Assembly: GCA_951406725.2 (NCBI GenBank)
Contig: OX597819.1
Span: 111,104,001 to 111,168,000 of the forward strand
Direction of reading: 5' to 3'
DNA: 64,000 bases
Source of the DNA: Octopus vulgaris
Taxonomy: Eukaryota
This document shows positions 1 through 15,002 of this stretch, in pieces. Numbering within the stretch: the stretch's first letter is position 1; each line of letters opens with the position of its first letter. The position numbers and the translations under genes were made by a program. The notes under the pieces are model-generated. The model had not been told where the DNA came from. It made no database searches and was given only the letters and a program-made list of their open reading frames with translations.

Positions 1-1121
1 ACCATTTAAAGTAGTGACTGAAGCACTTGAAACAAATAAAAATGAGAACAACATCAACAATAACGATTTTTTAGTATAAGGGTATACAATAGAGATAAAG
101 TAAAGGTCCTTCCAGAGTTATATAGACTCACAGAGCCGCATCCCCGGTTTCCATGGCGTATATAGTCTCCAGCACAAACCATTAAGCCACACGCCTCCAC
201 AGACAATATACCCGAGCAGGGCATTGACCCTCAAGGTCGGAACAAAATACCTAAACATAACTGAAAGACATGACCATGTGTAGTTTTAGTTCGGGGCTTG
301 GCCTCAATATGGTTCATCACAAAATCACCAAGTCATCAGTACAATAGTCGTCTATGTACTCTGATGGTTTGTTTTTTTTCACGAAAATCGAGACGGAAAT
401 TACTGCGTTGAGTAACACAGGATATCAGGAGACTTTTACTGTAAAACAAAAATATGATATATTAAACCTTCTATTCCTTCCGGCACCTAACGTTCTGACT
501 TCAATTTCCGCTGAGGTCAAATTTGCCTTCTTTGTGTGTGTGTGTGTGAGTGCATGTACGTATGAATGTATCTAGCTATCTGTCTATCTATATCTATATA
601 TATGTACATATATATATATATATGTATATACATCTCTCTCTCTCTCTCTCTCCCTCTTTATATATATATATCAATAATAGTAAAGGGTAAAATTAATTAA
701 TTATCTAGTAATTAATAATTTCACCAAGTAGAATTCGGCATGAAAAAGGACCATTTTTCGGGTTATTTTAAGCATTTTGTTTTTGTCCGGGAGTCTCTTC
801 TTATAGTAGAAGAAATAGCTAAGGTTCTTTGGCTGCTATTTCTAAACATCGGTATGTGGTAAAGCAAATCTCTGCTGAACCCCAATAATAATTATACTTG
901 TAGTTATAAAATATTATATATATATATATGAAAAATGCATTATACACTAAAAATACGTACACATAGGAGAGACACACAAGGACTCTAATTCTTCATCAGT
1001 GATCGACGAAAATACAAATATACAGTTAAAGCATGAAACGGTGGATAACTGATATATATATATATATATATATATTAGTTTCAGCTCAGTGCTGCGGCCA
1101 TGCTGATGCACCGCCGTTTTG

Positions 1122-1154
<33 letters not shown>

Positions 1155-1381
1155 TAGGGAATATGGAATTCCAAACTTACAGGGAAAAATTCAATTTAGC
1201 AATACTAAATCAAATTTTACAATATATATATATATAATTAAGAGAAATAACCTCTATTAAGTAATTTAATTGATAGTGAAAGATATTCTAAAAATCACAA
1301 ATTTAAATAAACATGTTTATTTAATTTTGTGATTTTATTCATATATGCATTTATACATTTATATATATGCATATATGTATA

Positions 1382-1429
<48 letters not shown>

Positions 1430-2051
1430 TATGTATATATATATGTATGTATGTATGAATGTGTGTTTGTGTGTGTGAGAAAATGAGAGAAAGGCAGAGA
1501 GAGAGAGAGAGAGAGTTGGTGGTCGAGGGTGAAAAAACAGGAAAAAGAGAGATGTCATACGATGCTTGGAGCATGTTTGCCCTTTTTCTTTTATCTCTGT
1601 GGAATCAATAAGAGCAAATACCATTTTAACACATTATATGGTCTGGAACAATTTCAGTCTTGTGCCAATGAAGAAATCGTGATATCACTGACTGCATTTC
1701 AATCTCCATATGTCCGTCCATTGTCTCATTAACTAATGAAATATTCCCATATTATGTTCATTAATTGGCCTCTAGTAAAAGATCTGGCTGGGAAATTCAG
1801 TTCCCATTTCTAAATTCAGGAAGCTTGATGTACTTCCTTCCGAAACGAATCAAACTAACTGACGGAAAATATGAAAGGCTCAACATTAAATTGGCTAACA
1901 GAGGTTAAACGAAACAGCTATGATTAACATGCAGTACCGCTATTAAGCAACAAAACTCAAATACAGCAGCTCACACATTACATGCACATACATGTTTTAA
2001 AAGACACATACATAATCATGTATGCATGTTCTTATGTGTCAATGTGAGTAC

Positions 2052-2222
<171 letters not shown>

Positions 2223-2502
2223 CTGTTTGTCTGTCTTCCTGTCTCTCTCGTCCCTCCCTCTCTCTCTCTACTTATGTATACATACATACAACATACATAC
2301 ATACATACATTCATACATACATACATACATACATACATACATACATACATACATACATACATACATACATACATACATACATACACACATATATATATGC
2401 TTGTATGTCTATATATACATCTATGAATGTTAGGTATGTATTTGTGTATGTGTCTGCTTTCGTCTGTATTTTATTATATCAAATGTCTCAAACTATGGGA
2501 GG

Positions 2503-2503
2503 A

Positions 2504-2565
<62 letters not shown>

Positions 2566-2935
2566 CATCATCATCATCATTACTATTATTGAGTGAGTGA
2601 GCAGCACACTCCATGAAAGTGACACTGGGGTACAAATATACGACGCCCAACATACCCATCTTGACTATCCACCCGATAAGGGTACAGTAGGCACATGCAT
2701 CACAACATATGTGCGACATAGGGGCGACATTGTGACTTCATATAAAGCTAAAGAGCGCATGGCCTTGCAGATGAGACTCAATCAGTATTTTCTACAGTCG
2801 AGTAGCTCATTCCACACAAAAGCTCCTTGAATAACGATTGCTTAATGATGATGAAAGCAACCCCCATGTTTCCAAAGATGTATTATTCAAATGGTAATGA
2901 ATTCCTCTCAACACATGGCAATGATGCTCCCCAAT
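2503..2935 (-). mobile_element. Second copy of the (AAT)n-tailed non-coding repeat
   Basis: Reverse-complement homology to about 52985-53345. The tail is the (ATT)n at 2503-2590. Confidence 0.75.
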
Positions 2936-3652
2936 CGTAATTTAACTTACTTTTATATGTGCTACGCCGCAGCACACCAGCAAATAGTTTTTCACTGTAT
3001 TTGTATCTGTAATAGACAAGAGATTTAATTCCTTTCGGTTTGATTCAAGTACGTGGTATTGACTAGCCAAAATAATGGCGAAATATCGGTATCTACCAAT
3101 CTCGGATTCCAACAGATGCGTGTTGTCTAGCCTGGTCTATGGCATTCAGGTGTTCTTTAACACTCGGCGTTGTATAGGCAGATATACCAGACACTGTCCC
3201 GCAGCAAATTCGGTGAATAAACAAAAAAAATACACACTATATGTGCGATCGATAATATATATGATTTGAAAATAGTATCTTTGGCGAGTTAACTAAGGAT
3301 TCCTTAATGACAATGTAACCTTCATATAACTAAGGTATATTCAGGCAGATGAGCAGCTACCTGAGTACCTCTCATTGAGTAATTATGATATCAGAGGATC
3401 TCCTAGCTCGGAAACATTTGTAGCTTGAATTTTACCGCCTCCGCTCCCACAATTTGGATTTTTATTCGCATTCATAGCAACTCAAGTTGCGAACCGTGAG
3501 CTGTAAAAATTTTTCTGAGTTTATCGAACTTCGATATGGGAAAAACATTCGATATCAATAAGTTATTATTCTTCCTGAACGTTACTTTTATGCCTACTGG
3601 AGACTGCTCTAAGCTTGCTAACTTCCTACACTTAGATCCTTGGATCATATGT

Positions 3653-3708
<56 letters not shown>

Positions 3709-3763
3709 CCATCCTTTTCCAAAATAACCCCTTATATTGAACTCTACTATTTCCCTCTATTAC

Positions 3764-3811
3764 GTCTCTCATGAAGGCATTTCCCTAATATCTCAGAAAC
3801 AGCTGCAAGAC
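3764..3811 (+). ncRNA. Degenerate minimal hammerhead motif
   Basis: Reads gtct-CTcATGA-agg...ca-GAAA-c-agct-GcA-agac. Stem I is gtct/agac, helix III is palindromic CAGCTG, and there are two core substitutions. Confidence 0.45.
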
Positions 3812-4012
3812 TAACTTTCTATTTATAAATGCCCTAAAAATTCCTCACAGACTTGGTTTTGTTGACTCATTTTATTTAAGATATGCATGCTCACACAAGA
3901 CCCGCATTAGAGAACTCATTCGTATTATTATCGAACCGAGAGTCTAACTACGGTCATTCCATAGTACTTACATAGCCTTACCTGCTAGCTTGGGTCTTCT
4001 GGATACCAATAA

Positions 4013-4107
<95 letters not shown>

Positions 4108-4510
4108 TAAATTTTTGATTTATTATGCTGATCTTCGCTTCGAGTACAGGTAAGCAAGTATCTCACACAGACATCTACAGGATTCAGGAATTTCCATGCA
4201 GAAAAACAGGTTTTTGCTTACAGTATGGAACGACGGTCATCAACGCCTGATTCTGCCGTGACGTAAGATCCAATTACATGCCCCAAACAGCAGAAAACAA
4301 ATACACAGGCGCGAGCGCGAACAAGCTTAGACACATAGATAAGTTTGAACACACAGGCATTTAAAGACAGATATACACAAATACGCATGTTCACACATTC
4401 ACAAATGTTCACAAACACATGCACCCAGATTTACATTTTCACACACATACACTTACATCGAGCAATTGGCACAGTCTTTTCTTGTAACACACATGCAACC
4501 GAACAGAGAC

Positions 4511-4541
<31 letters not shown>

Positions 4542-5085
4542 TAATGGGTTGTGCGGAAAGTTCGTGCCGATTTTTAAAGGGAAGAAAAAGGTCAATAAAT
4601 ACTTGCCATTACATTTTTAATCAACCAAATATGAACCATTTTGTTGCACAATGCATCTCCATCTTTCCTTTAACTTAAAAATACCCACTTCCCAGAATAT
4701 ACCCACTTCCCAAGGTATCTTTTTACGTCATCAAATTTTTACCATTAAGATTATTCTGCAGAGAACTGAATAAGTGGAAATTCGAAGGAGTAATATCTGG
4801 TGAATATGGAGGGTGGGGTAACACATCCCAGCCGAGCTGCAGCAAGTTTTATCTGGTTCCCAAAGCATCAAGTGCCGAAAATGAACTTTCTTATCTTTCA
4901 TTTTAAAGGGTTACAAAATTAACACAGGCTATAGGAACATAAACCTTCTTCCACGAAAAGATTGCTTAAACTGTTCACTAAATGGAGGTGTAGTCAAATC
5001 CTATTTTATGGACTCAACCATGTTCTAAAATAATTTAAAATGTAAGCTATTATAAATCGGCACGAACTTTCGGGACAACCCAATA
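4542..5085 (-). mobile_element. Internally deleted mariner transposon with both TIRs
   Basis: About 30-bp TIRs (tgggttgtgcggaaagttcgtgccgattt / aaatcggcacgaactttcgggacaaccca) with TA flanks. The minus strand encodes WDVLPHPPYSPDITPSNFHLFSSLQN and LKERWRCIVQQNGSYLVD*. Confidence 0.9.
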
Positions 5086-5667
5086 CATAACAAGTGATCC
5101 AGTGATATCTATTTCCTCGTTCTCCGTCTTTCTGGCGAAATGGTAAGTTAATTTCTTTGCTCGTCGCCCGATTTCTGCTGTGTTTCAATTGATTGTTGGT
5201 TGTATTGGAGGATTTTTCGACATAGAATTTTCCAGCAATGCCAGCAACCCGTGAACCCTATAATAATAAATTAATTATAAAATTTTGGATTTGCCATTTG
5301 TCAGCTTTTTGTGCTGGCCGCTTCTATTATTGTTGTTATTATTTTACGAAAATTAATAATTAAAGATAATATCTATATAAATATTTTTTGAATATTTATT
5401 CATTGATATATGTGCACATATATATAAGGAATGTGTGTTTGTGTATACATATATATATACATACACACACACACACACACATGCACATATATAAATAGGT
5501 TCAGAATTGGCTGTGGGGTAAGAAGCTTGTTTCCCAACCACATGGTACCGGGTTCAGTCCCACTGCGTGGAACATTGGGCAAGTGTCTTCTACTATAGCT
5601 TCGGGCAAACCAAAGTCTTGTGGATGAATTTGGTAGACGCAAACTGATGTTTGCAATAACGCGACCA

Positions 5668-5698
<31 letters not shown>

Positions 5699-6555
5699 TG
5701 TATGTATGTATGTATGTATGTATGTATGTATGTATGTATGTATGTATGTATGTATGTATGTATGTATGTATGTATGTATGTATGTATGTATGTATGTATG
5801 TATGTATGTGTCTGTGTTTCTCCTCCCACCATCACTTGACAACCGATGTTAGTGTGTTTACGTTCCCGTAAACCAGCAGCTCGGCAAAAGAGACCGATTA
5901 AATATGTGCTAGGCTTACAACGAATAAGTGCTGTAGTCGATTTATTCTACTAAAGGCGGTACTCCTGCATAGCCGCAGTCAAATGACTGAAAAAAGTAAG
6001 AGAAAAAAATAAATTTATTTATGTTTGTATATGTATGTATATGTATGTATGTATGTATGTATGTATGCATGTATGTATGTATGTATGTGTATATATATAT
6101 ATATATGCATGTGGGTATGTATGTTAGCATGTATGCATGTATGTATATTTGTATGCATGTATTTACGTGTTAAATATTAGCAATTTGTGCCATAGTTGTG
6201 AAATTGTGAATATGTCAATGGTTAATTTAGTTGTGTCGAACGAAATGTCAGTATAAAAACCATTATATCTGATTGGTCAGTTTCATTTCTAACGATGATT
6301 TATGTATATGCTTATGGTAGGCATGGTAGGACAGGACATGACTTGCGGATGGAGCTCCCCGCAGCCACGCTGATGTGAATCTCATAAAATTGGTGTTGGT
6401 GGTCGTGTTACTGTTGCCAACATCACCACAAAAAACCATCACCGCCACCACCACCAAAAATAACAACAACTAGTACTACTACAACTACTACAATTACAAC
6501 TACAACAATTACAACTACAACAATTACAACTACAACAATTACAACAAAAACAACA

Positions 6556-6589
<34 letters not shown>

Positions 6590-6611
6590 ATGATACTGCT
6601 GCTGCTGCTGA

Positions 6612-6656
<45 letters not shown>

Positions 6657-7698
6657 CACCACTACTACTACTACCACTACTAATCCGCGTTATGTTGTGG
6701 ATTACCGCATTCATTTCAATCTATATACAATGTTTACACAATCACATAAGCATATACATAAATCCATATACATATATGCATACACACACACACACACACA
6801 CACTCACACACTCACACACACATATGCATACATAGATATATCCATACACACAACAATATCACAAGTAATACGTGTTATGTGCGTCCTGACTCCAAATTGC
6901 ACGTTCACCAATTACGTCTGTCATCAACGTAAATAATGAATTAAAAAAACAGAATGCGGTTATAGCCAATGAGAAGCGAGTAAAACGGCAATGCTATGAA
7001 TCCTGCGTATGATATAAAACGTGAATAACAAGCTTCACTGAAATAATTTTGTTCGGTTACAAACATACATATATGAAACACATATACATATATGAAACAC
7101 ATAGACACACACATATACACACTCACGCACACACACGCACACACACGTACAGATACAGACGCAAACGCATGAGCAGATAGAGATACATATCACGAAAAGA
7201 CACAGTGGAATAGGCAGGGCAAGACCAAAGACAAAAGGAAACTCGAGAAACAAAGTCATTGAAGAGGTTACTGAACGTGTGACGAAATAACTTTGACAAA
7301 TAAACTTATAATGATAACCAGGCTGATGTGAAGATCAAATAAACAAAACATGTTTATTGGTAAAAAAAAAAAGAAACAAGTAAAAATGACCACCCTCAGA
7401 TATAACAATAAAGAACATAATTTCTCGGAAAGTCATAATTAAACTATACTGTTTTTGTGTTTTGCCAAATAAACACACGCACTGTATACTTGTTCACTCA
7501 TTTTTACTGTTCTTATTTCATCTTTTGTCCATTGTCTGGAAATCTTTCGTTAATTCATTTCATTAAAGATGGAAATAATTACAATATGGTGGAAATTCAT
7601 AGAATGCATTTACATTTACACGCATGCATAAATACATGCACATTTACTTATACATATATGCTTGAATATGTGTATATATATATATAGTTATTCTAAAC

Positions 7699-7890
7699 AT
7701 GAAAATACAAAGAGAAAACACAACAACGCGAGGACGTGGAACAAATATATTGTTATTGGGCGCTCATAAAGAAAGAAAAAAGGAGGATTTAACGTTTCGA
7801 GAGGAGCATTTCGTCAGAAACATAGAAAAAGGAAAGGTCCAAAGAATGGAAGACGGAGAAAGAAAATCGCCAACGATACACACGCGGTCG
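7699..7890 (-). mobile_element. Short hammerhead-bearing repeat (PLE-like terminus), copy 1
   Basis: Minus strand 7787-7821 reads gttt-CTGACGA-aatgctcctctc-GAAAC-GTT-aaat. Flanks are homologous to 17880-18060 and 12970-13110. Confidence 0.6.
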
Positions 7891-7913
7891 CACACACACA
7901 CACACACACACAC

Positions 7914-7993
<80 letters not shown>

Positions 7994-8064
7994 GGGGGAT
8001 TGATAGATAGATAGATTGATAGACATACTGACAGAGACACAGACAGACAGACATACAGACAGAC

Positions 8065-8111
<47 letters not shown>

Positions 8112-9269
8112 GATATGGAACTGAGTCAAACTGTTACTAAATATCAAACATTATATATGTATGTTTGTATGCACGAATGCTTACATACATATATTTATAC
8201 ATACATACATACATACATACGTAGATACATACATACACACATATATACATACAAAGATGGTATTTGTCGATTCGCTTTCGATTGTGTTCTCCTTTGACAC
8301 TCCTATGGTTTTCCCTCTAAGATGCAGGTTCCACCCCATCATAGGTACTCGCAAGAATAAACACAGACATTAAGTCTCAGTTCCTCAAGCAACAACGGCT
8401 CTTCAACGGACGCAGATACACAAGTGACCGGAAATTGTGACTGCACCTTTTATATTTCACATTCAGTGAACCCAAATGAACAAGGAATCTTCAAAATCAG
8501 TGGTATTTCATTGTTGCTGATGTATTTGACACCACGATCGCCGTTTGTTTGTAGATTCAAGAATTTCGATTCTAGAGTTGCAGTGGAAAAAAGGGTTTGC
8601 TAAACGCAACGGTATCTTCACAAGAAGACAAATCCAGTCAACAAAGAGAAAGAAGAAAAGAAAAAAGTAAAAAGAAAGAAAGAAAAAAGAAAGAAAGGTA
8701 AGTCGTTCAGAGGTTACAGCACCCTAGGTAAAAATGTTCTTATCTCATATATATTTGAGATACACATGTAAGTATACATACATACATACATATATCCACA
8801 ATATTATGAGGCCATTGAATATTCTGTATTTATCTGCTCTTTAACGGGTTATATTTTTCGTCTTACAGAGCGTTTAGAAATCCCCCTGCACGCCATGCAA
8901 GCTTGGCGGGGTGCCCGATTTAGTCATATAACAACTTATAATGCATTGCAAGTTGCCAGTGGTGTTCACCAGTGACCTAGCACCCATGCATGCATGCATA
9001 CGTACATACATGCATGCATACGTACATACATGCATGCAGACAGACAGATAGACACATTGACATGCGTACACATGTGAAAATTTGAAAAATAAGTCAATGG
9101 GGCATAGGAAGACAGACACAGGAGCTTGCAACTTAAAATTTTTGTGAAGGGCACAAAAATATTTGTTAAAAGTATATATGAAATAAGAAAATACAAAACT
9201 TAATTAAAATATTCTCAAAGGATGTACGGATTAGACTTTGTCCCTAACTAATTTTGAAACGAGGGAAAA

Positions 9270-9560
9270 GTTTCAAGGGAGAAGTCAAAGAGCCTCTCTA
9301 ATGAGGGCATAATTATTTTCCCGATATCTGACAAGGAATGCTACAATTACTCAGAAATGTGTTTTATAATCAAGTATTACAGCGATTGTAAAAAAGAAAC
9401 TTGTGGGTGAAAAAATATGATCTTCGCTGCTTTCAGCAAACAAAAGTTTGTTGGGCCGCAATATGTTTGCTAAAATGATACTCCTACCAATTCTTGTTTG
9501 GTCGCTAGATGAAGTCCAAGCGGTTGATGTTAAAATTTAGAAAACTATTAATCAGAACAA
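9270..9560 (+). mobile_element. Highly decayed RLE-LINE (R4/Dong-like) RT C-terminal remnant
   Basis: Translates as KI*SSLLSANK...NMFAKMILLPILVWSLDEVQAVDVK, resembling KIWSSELSA.NK..AHN.FA...W...EI..ID.K.RK. Confidence 0.45.
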
Positions 9561-10564
9561 CGAAAAATGGAAATGAGAGCCAGAAGCATAGCAATGATCC
9601 AGACAACCCTTTTCTGTTGTATTATATGTCTTCGATAGTATTTTCCCAAGTCCAAATTTGGATGTGTACCTCTTGACTAAGCCGGTATATATATGTGAAT
9701 AACGTTAATTATAAAGCAACTTTTCGGAAGGTAATTCCGGAATGATAAACATGTAATCACATCCAGTGAAGTTACACGATACACAACTCTATTGTTACAG
9801 AAAATCAAATGTACAGAAAAAAGTTTAAAGAGACATAAACTTGAAGAAACAGATTGATTTATCTTGTTCATTGGACAAGGAGAATGCGCAGTAGTAAAAT
9901 CAGTAAATCAGTTCTCCAGTATTCGTTTACATAATACCAAATAAAAATAAAGCAAAAAAAAATAACAAAACAACGAAACATTTCGTTTTGATCTCGGTCT
10001 ACAAGGTTCTTGATGTAAAGTCATGTATTGAAACATATTTTTGCAACTCAGGAGGGTCATTATGTTAATAATAGACACACGCACTCTTCGTTATTTGTAT
10101 TTGACAACTGGTTAACCGTTTAACAATGAATTAAATAATCGATAGTTTATTTAATTGTTTGACCAATCAATCAATAAGCTAGGCTCGTCAAAATTCCTTC
10201 GTAGCCATTTACGACCTGCTTGAATAATGCAAAATCTGCATAAGAAATACCTAGCCTATAACTGTGGAGTTATGATATGACTAGCTGAATCAACACCATA
10301 GATGAGATGTTAGTTTTTTTAATCTAGAAAAGAACACTGTATGTAAGGACATTACAATTACGTGCAATTAATGGGATTGTGAAAATATGTGAAACATTCC
10401 AAAAGTTTGGCCTGTAATAAGGATGTTTTTCCTTTATGACACATCAAGTTTGGTGAATTGGAAATGGTGCAAATTATCTCCCTTTTCATTCAGCATTGTT
10501 ACCAGGCAATTGTTCTGTCATCTCTGGAAGCAGAGATAAAAATAATATTAATATCAATAATAAT

Positions 10565-10634
<70 letters not shown>

Positions 10635-10645
10635 TTAACAATAAC

Positions 10646-10715
<70 letters not shown>

Positions 10716-11768
10716 CAAGAATCTATCTTGTTCGGCGTTTAAAAGCCACTTATTCGTTTTTCTCCCTCTCTGCCCCGCTCTCCCGTCTCTCTTTCTCCTT
10801 TTCTCCATTTGTCTCTTTGTATATGTGTATGTGTGAGTGTGGGCGTGTGATGTATATACAGATAATATTAATAAATCAAATATCTACGCAATTATCTTTC
10901 TTTTCGTATGTGTGCACACACACACACATACACACACACACACATGCACACACACACTCACATACATATGTATGTATATGGTCGAAATTTCGAAGTTACT
11001 GCCCGTAATATTCTTGTTTAAGAATAATAAATTTGTACTCTACAACATAACTGATCAGATTAACGTAAAATTGCTTTCATCACAACTGAAGATAAAAAGA
11101 AACACTAACACACACACACACACGTACACACACACTCATACACACACACATACACACACACAAATATATATGTACACACCTATGAGTAATTAGTGTATGC
11201 ATGTATGTATGTATGTATGTATGTATGTATGTATGTATGTATGTATGTATGTATGTGTGTATGTGTGTATGTATGTTTGTATGTATATGCAGTCTTGCGT
11301 CTGCGCATTTATACATCCGCAATGCCATGCATGTATACAAATAAACAAAGAGATACGCAAAATAATTTGAACGAAAATTCAACGTAAATCAAACAAGATG
11401 GCTGAAAAAAGAAAAGAAAAAGCGAACTATTGCTGCAACAACAATACAACGAATTACAAAAAGAAGTCACCCCCCCAAAAAAAATCTCAACAAAATATAT
11501 ATCAGAAACGACAAAAACAACATCAACAGCAATAATATTATTTGTAACAAGTGAAAACACCGAGGAAATCTCTATTTCCTTGCAGACCGACCAAACTGAC
11601 TTTATCAATCTCTCTGGAATCCATTTATAAGACATTTAATCACATCCCGATCGGGAGTTTACGTTTCTCACTACGCAAATTGTTGGCATTGCATTGCTTG
11701 CCGTTTTTTTTCTCCGGCACACACTCTCTCTCACTCTCCACCTCGCTCTCTCCATCTCATTTTACTCT

Positions 11769-11859
<91 letters not shown>

Positions 11860-12231
11860 ACACACATTCTCACTCTCTATTTTTGTTTTCCCGCCTATCT
11901 CACTCTCTCTCTCTCTCTCTCTTACTCTCTCTTATTTATCACATGAGCTGGGGCGATGCTTTGGTGGTGGTACAAGGAGTGAAGAGCTTAAGTACTCGTT
12001 TTTTTGGTTTTATTCCCGCTGCCTCTTTAATCGGTTTCTTTTATAGCACTGAGGATGACACACAATTTCACACACACACACATACACTTTCTCTCTCTCT
12101 CTCATACACACACACATACACACAAATACACACATATATGTACGTATGTATGTACGCATGCATATATATATATGTATATACATGTGTATATATATATATA
12201 TATACATATATAAATACATATACGTATATAT

Positions 12232-12291
<60 letters not shown>

Positions 12292-12598
12292 AACAGATAT
12301 GTTTGTAAGTATGTATATATTATATACATATTATTTATATACATATACCTATATATAAAGTTAGTTTTGTGTTATTTATAGCTGAGAAAGTACATCAGTG
12401 ACTGAAGGTATAGTATTTAGTGCCAGAGCACTTGTCAAATGAAAATTTCATTTGTCAAATGTTCTGAGACGTAACTCCAAGCCTTTTAACCAATGATGTT
12501 GCTTTCATTTATTTCTCCTCTACAAGGTAAATAATACAAAATTTCTATGTATTGAGATATATTTCTATATTCTAATCTATATCTAACATTTGCATAAC

Positions 12599-12676
<78 letters not shown>

Positions 12677-12787
12677 GTAAATATAAGAGAGTTAACATTA
12701 AGTGGTTAACTCTCTGTTTATGTGCTAGGCCACTTGGTGTTAAACTGACGGTATTATTAAATTAATATCTAATTGTTCACCCTCATT

Positions 12788-12829
<42 letters not shown>

Positions 12830-12969
12830 AAGCATCGCTAAAATAGACTAAAATATAGTTTAAAACGTTTGCTATACTGTTACAGCTAACTTATATAAAA
12901 GTGCGTCTGGATTTCTGGACGGCTTTTGTTTTTCCCCGGATACACATACACGCACAAGGCAAATCAAAG

Positions 12970-13110
12970 CTTAAAAACGGAAAACAAAATAACAGGCAAG
13001 AGGACGTACGCAGCAAATGATTGACGTCCAGATAAAGTTTAAGATAGAGAAGTAGAATGGGTGCGACGTTTCGAGTAAAGCATTTCGTCAGAAAAAGAAT
13101 AGCCCGAGAA
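12970..13110 (-). mobile_element. Short hammerhead-bearing repeat, copy 2 (stem I decayed)
   Basis: Minus strand 13061-13095 reads tttt-CTGACGA-aatgctttactc-GAAAC-GTC. Confidence 0.5.
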
Positions 13111-13509
13111 TATATATAAATTTATATATAAACACCTGTATATGTATGTGTGTGTACGCGTGTATGTATGAGCGTGTCTGTATACAAAGAGTTCTTCACA
13201 GTTTACGCTGACCAAATTCCCTCAATATATTAGATGAAACGGAGCTATAGAAGAGGATACTCACCCAAGGTGCTGTGCATAGCGACTGAACCCAAAACCA
13301 AAAGGCTGTTAAGCAAGTGTCTTAACGACACAGCCATGCCTGCGCCTATGTCTGTTGATTTTTTAAAAATTTGCTCCTTCTGATTGTAATTGCATTCCCT
13401 TGTGGGAGTTTTTGTGGAGGAGGGAGAGGGAGTTTTTCATTCTTCTTCCTTCTACTCAATCTTTATTCCTCAGAAGATTCATACAAGAGCATATACATAC
13501 ATAAACGTA

Positions 13510-13733
13510 TACACGCATACATACATACATACATACATACATACATACATACATACATACATACATACATACATACTTATATGTACATACAAACACGCAT
13601 AAACACTCACATACACATACACATGTATGTATGTATATATATACACAAATATATCTATCTATCTATCTATATATATATATATATATGTATGTATACGTAC
13701 ATATATATATAGATAGATGTAGATATAGATATG

Positions 13734-13764
<31 letters not shown>

Positions 13765-13787
13765 GCATATATACATATATACATGTA

Positions 13788-13831
<44 letters not shown>

Positions 13832-14000
13832 TGCATGTATATACACATATATATATACATATATATGCATATATATATATATATATATATATGTGTATAT
13901 ACATGCATATATGTATATATATATATATATTCATATATATATATATACATGTATATATGTATATGTATATATATGTATATGTATATGTATATATGTATAC

Positions 14001-14053
<53 letters not shown>

Positions 14054-14102
14054 CATATATATAGATAGATAGATGTAGATATAGATATGTACGTATACAT
14101 AC

Positions 14103-14142
<40 letters not shown>

Positions 14143-14225
14143 CATACATATATGCATGTATATACACACAGACACGCATAGATATAAATGTATGCATGTA
14201 TACATTTACACATATACACATGTAT
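13510..14225. repeat. Compound (CATA)/(TA)n microsatellite (representative of dozens)
   Basis: Direct inspection. Other long tracts: 2052-2390 (TATC/TGTC/CATA), 10540-10712 (AAT), 23970-24545 (GATA), 28770-28907 (TA), 29680-29782 (GA), 35380-35870 (CAC), 38420-38635 (TA), 50100-50310 (TA), 53470-53565 (AAT). Confidence 0.98.
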
Positions 14226-14817
14226 GTTATTCAGTAATAAAATAATAATAATAAATATAACAGCTTGAGTTTAACATCTACGGCATTATTCAGCAGAACG
14301 ATAGAAGAAAACGAACGATTTCCAATAAGCTGACCTCTGAATTTTGTTCTGAATTCCTCTTGGTGTCATCATTAGGTAAAGGTTATGTCAGAGTTGTCTA
14401 CCTTCTTATTTGACCGCATCCAGTTTTGATACGATCTGCCCTGATGTGATTATGCTTTGATCTTCTCAACTCTTGAGATCTCTGAAGACAAGCTGATGTT
14501 CTAGATATGTTTATAATAAGATACAGCGTGAGAAGATTGAAGTTTATGTAAAAGGGAAAGCGGATATATCGATTTAGTATCTTTTCTTACAGATATGCTG
14601 CTATATTAGGTTAATAAATGCATATGTATGAATACATGTGTATGGTTGGTTGCCTAAAAGAATAAAGTGGTGGTGTGGTAACAAGCTTACTTGCTAAATA
14701 CATGGTCCCGGGTTCAGTCCCGCGGCGTAGCAGCTTGGGCAAGTGACTTCTACTATAGCTTCGTGGTGAACAAAGCCTTTTGAGTGGATTTGGTGGACGG
14801 GTGCTAATACACACACA

Positions 14818-14856
<39 letters not shown>

Positions 14857-14887
14857 ATACACACACACACACACGGATATATATGCG

Positions 14888-14922
<35 letters not shown>

Positions 14923-14938
14923 ACGAACACGCGCATGC

Positions 14939-15002
<64 letters not shown>

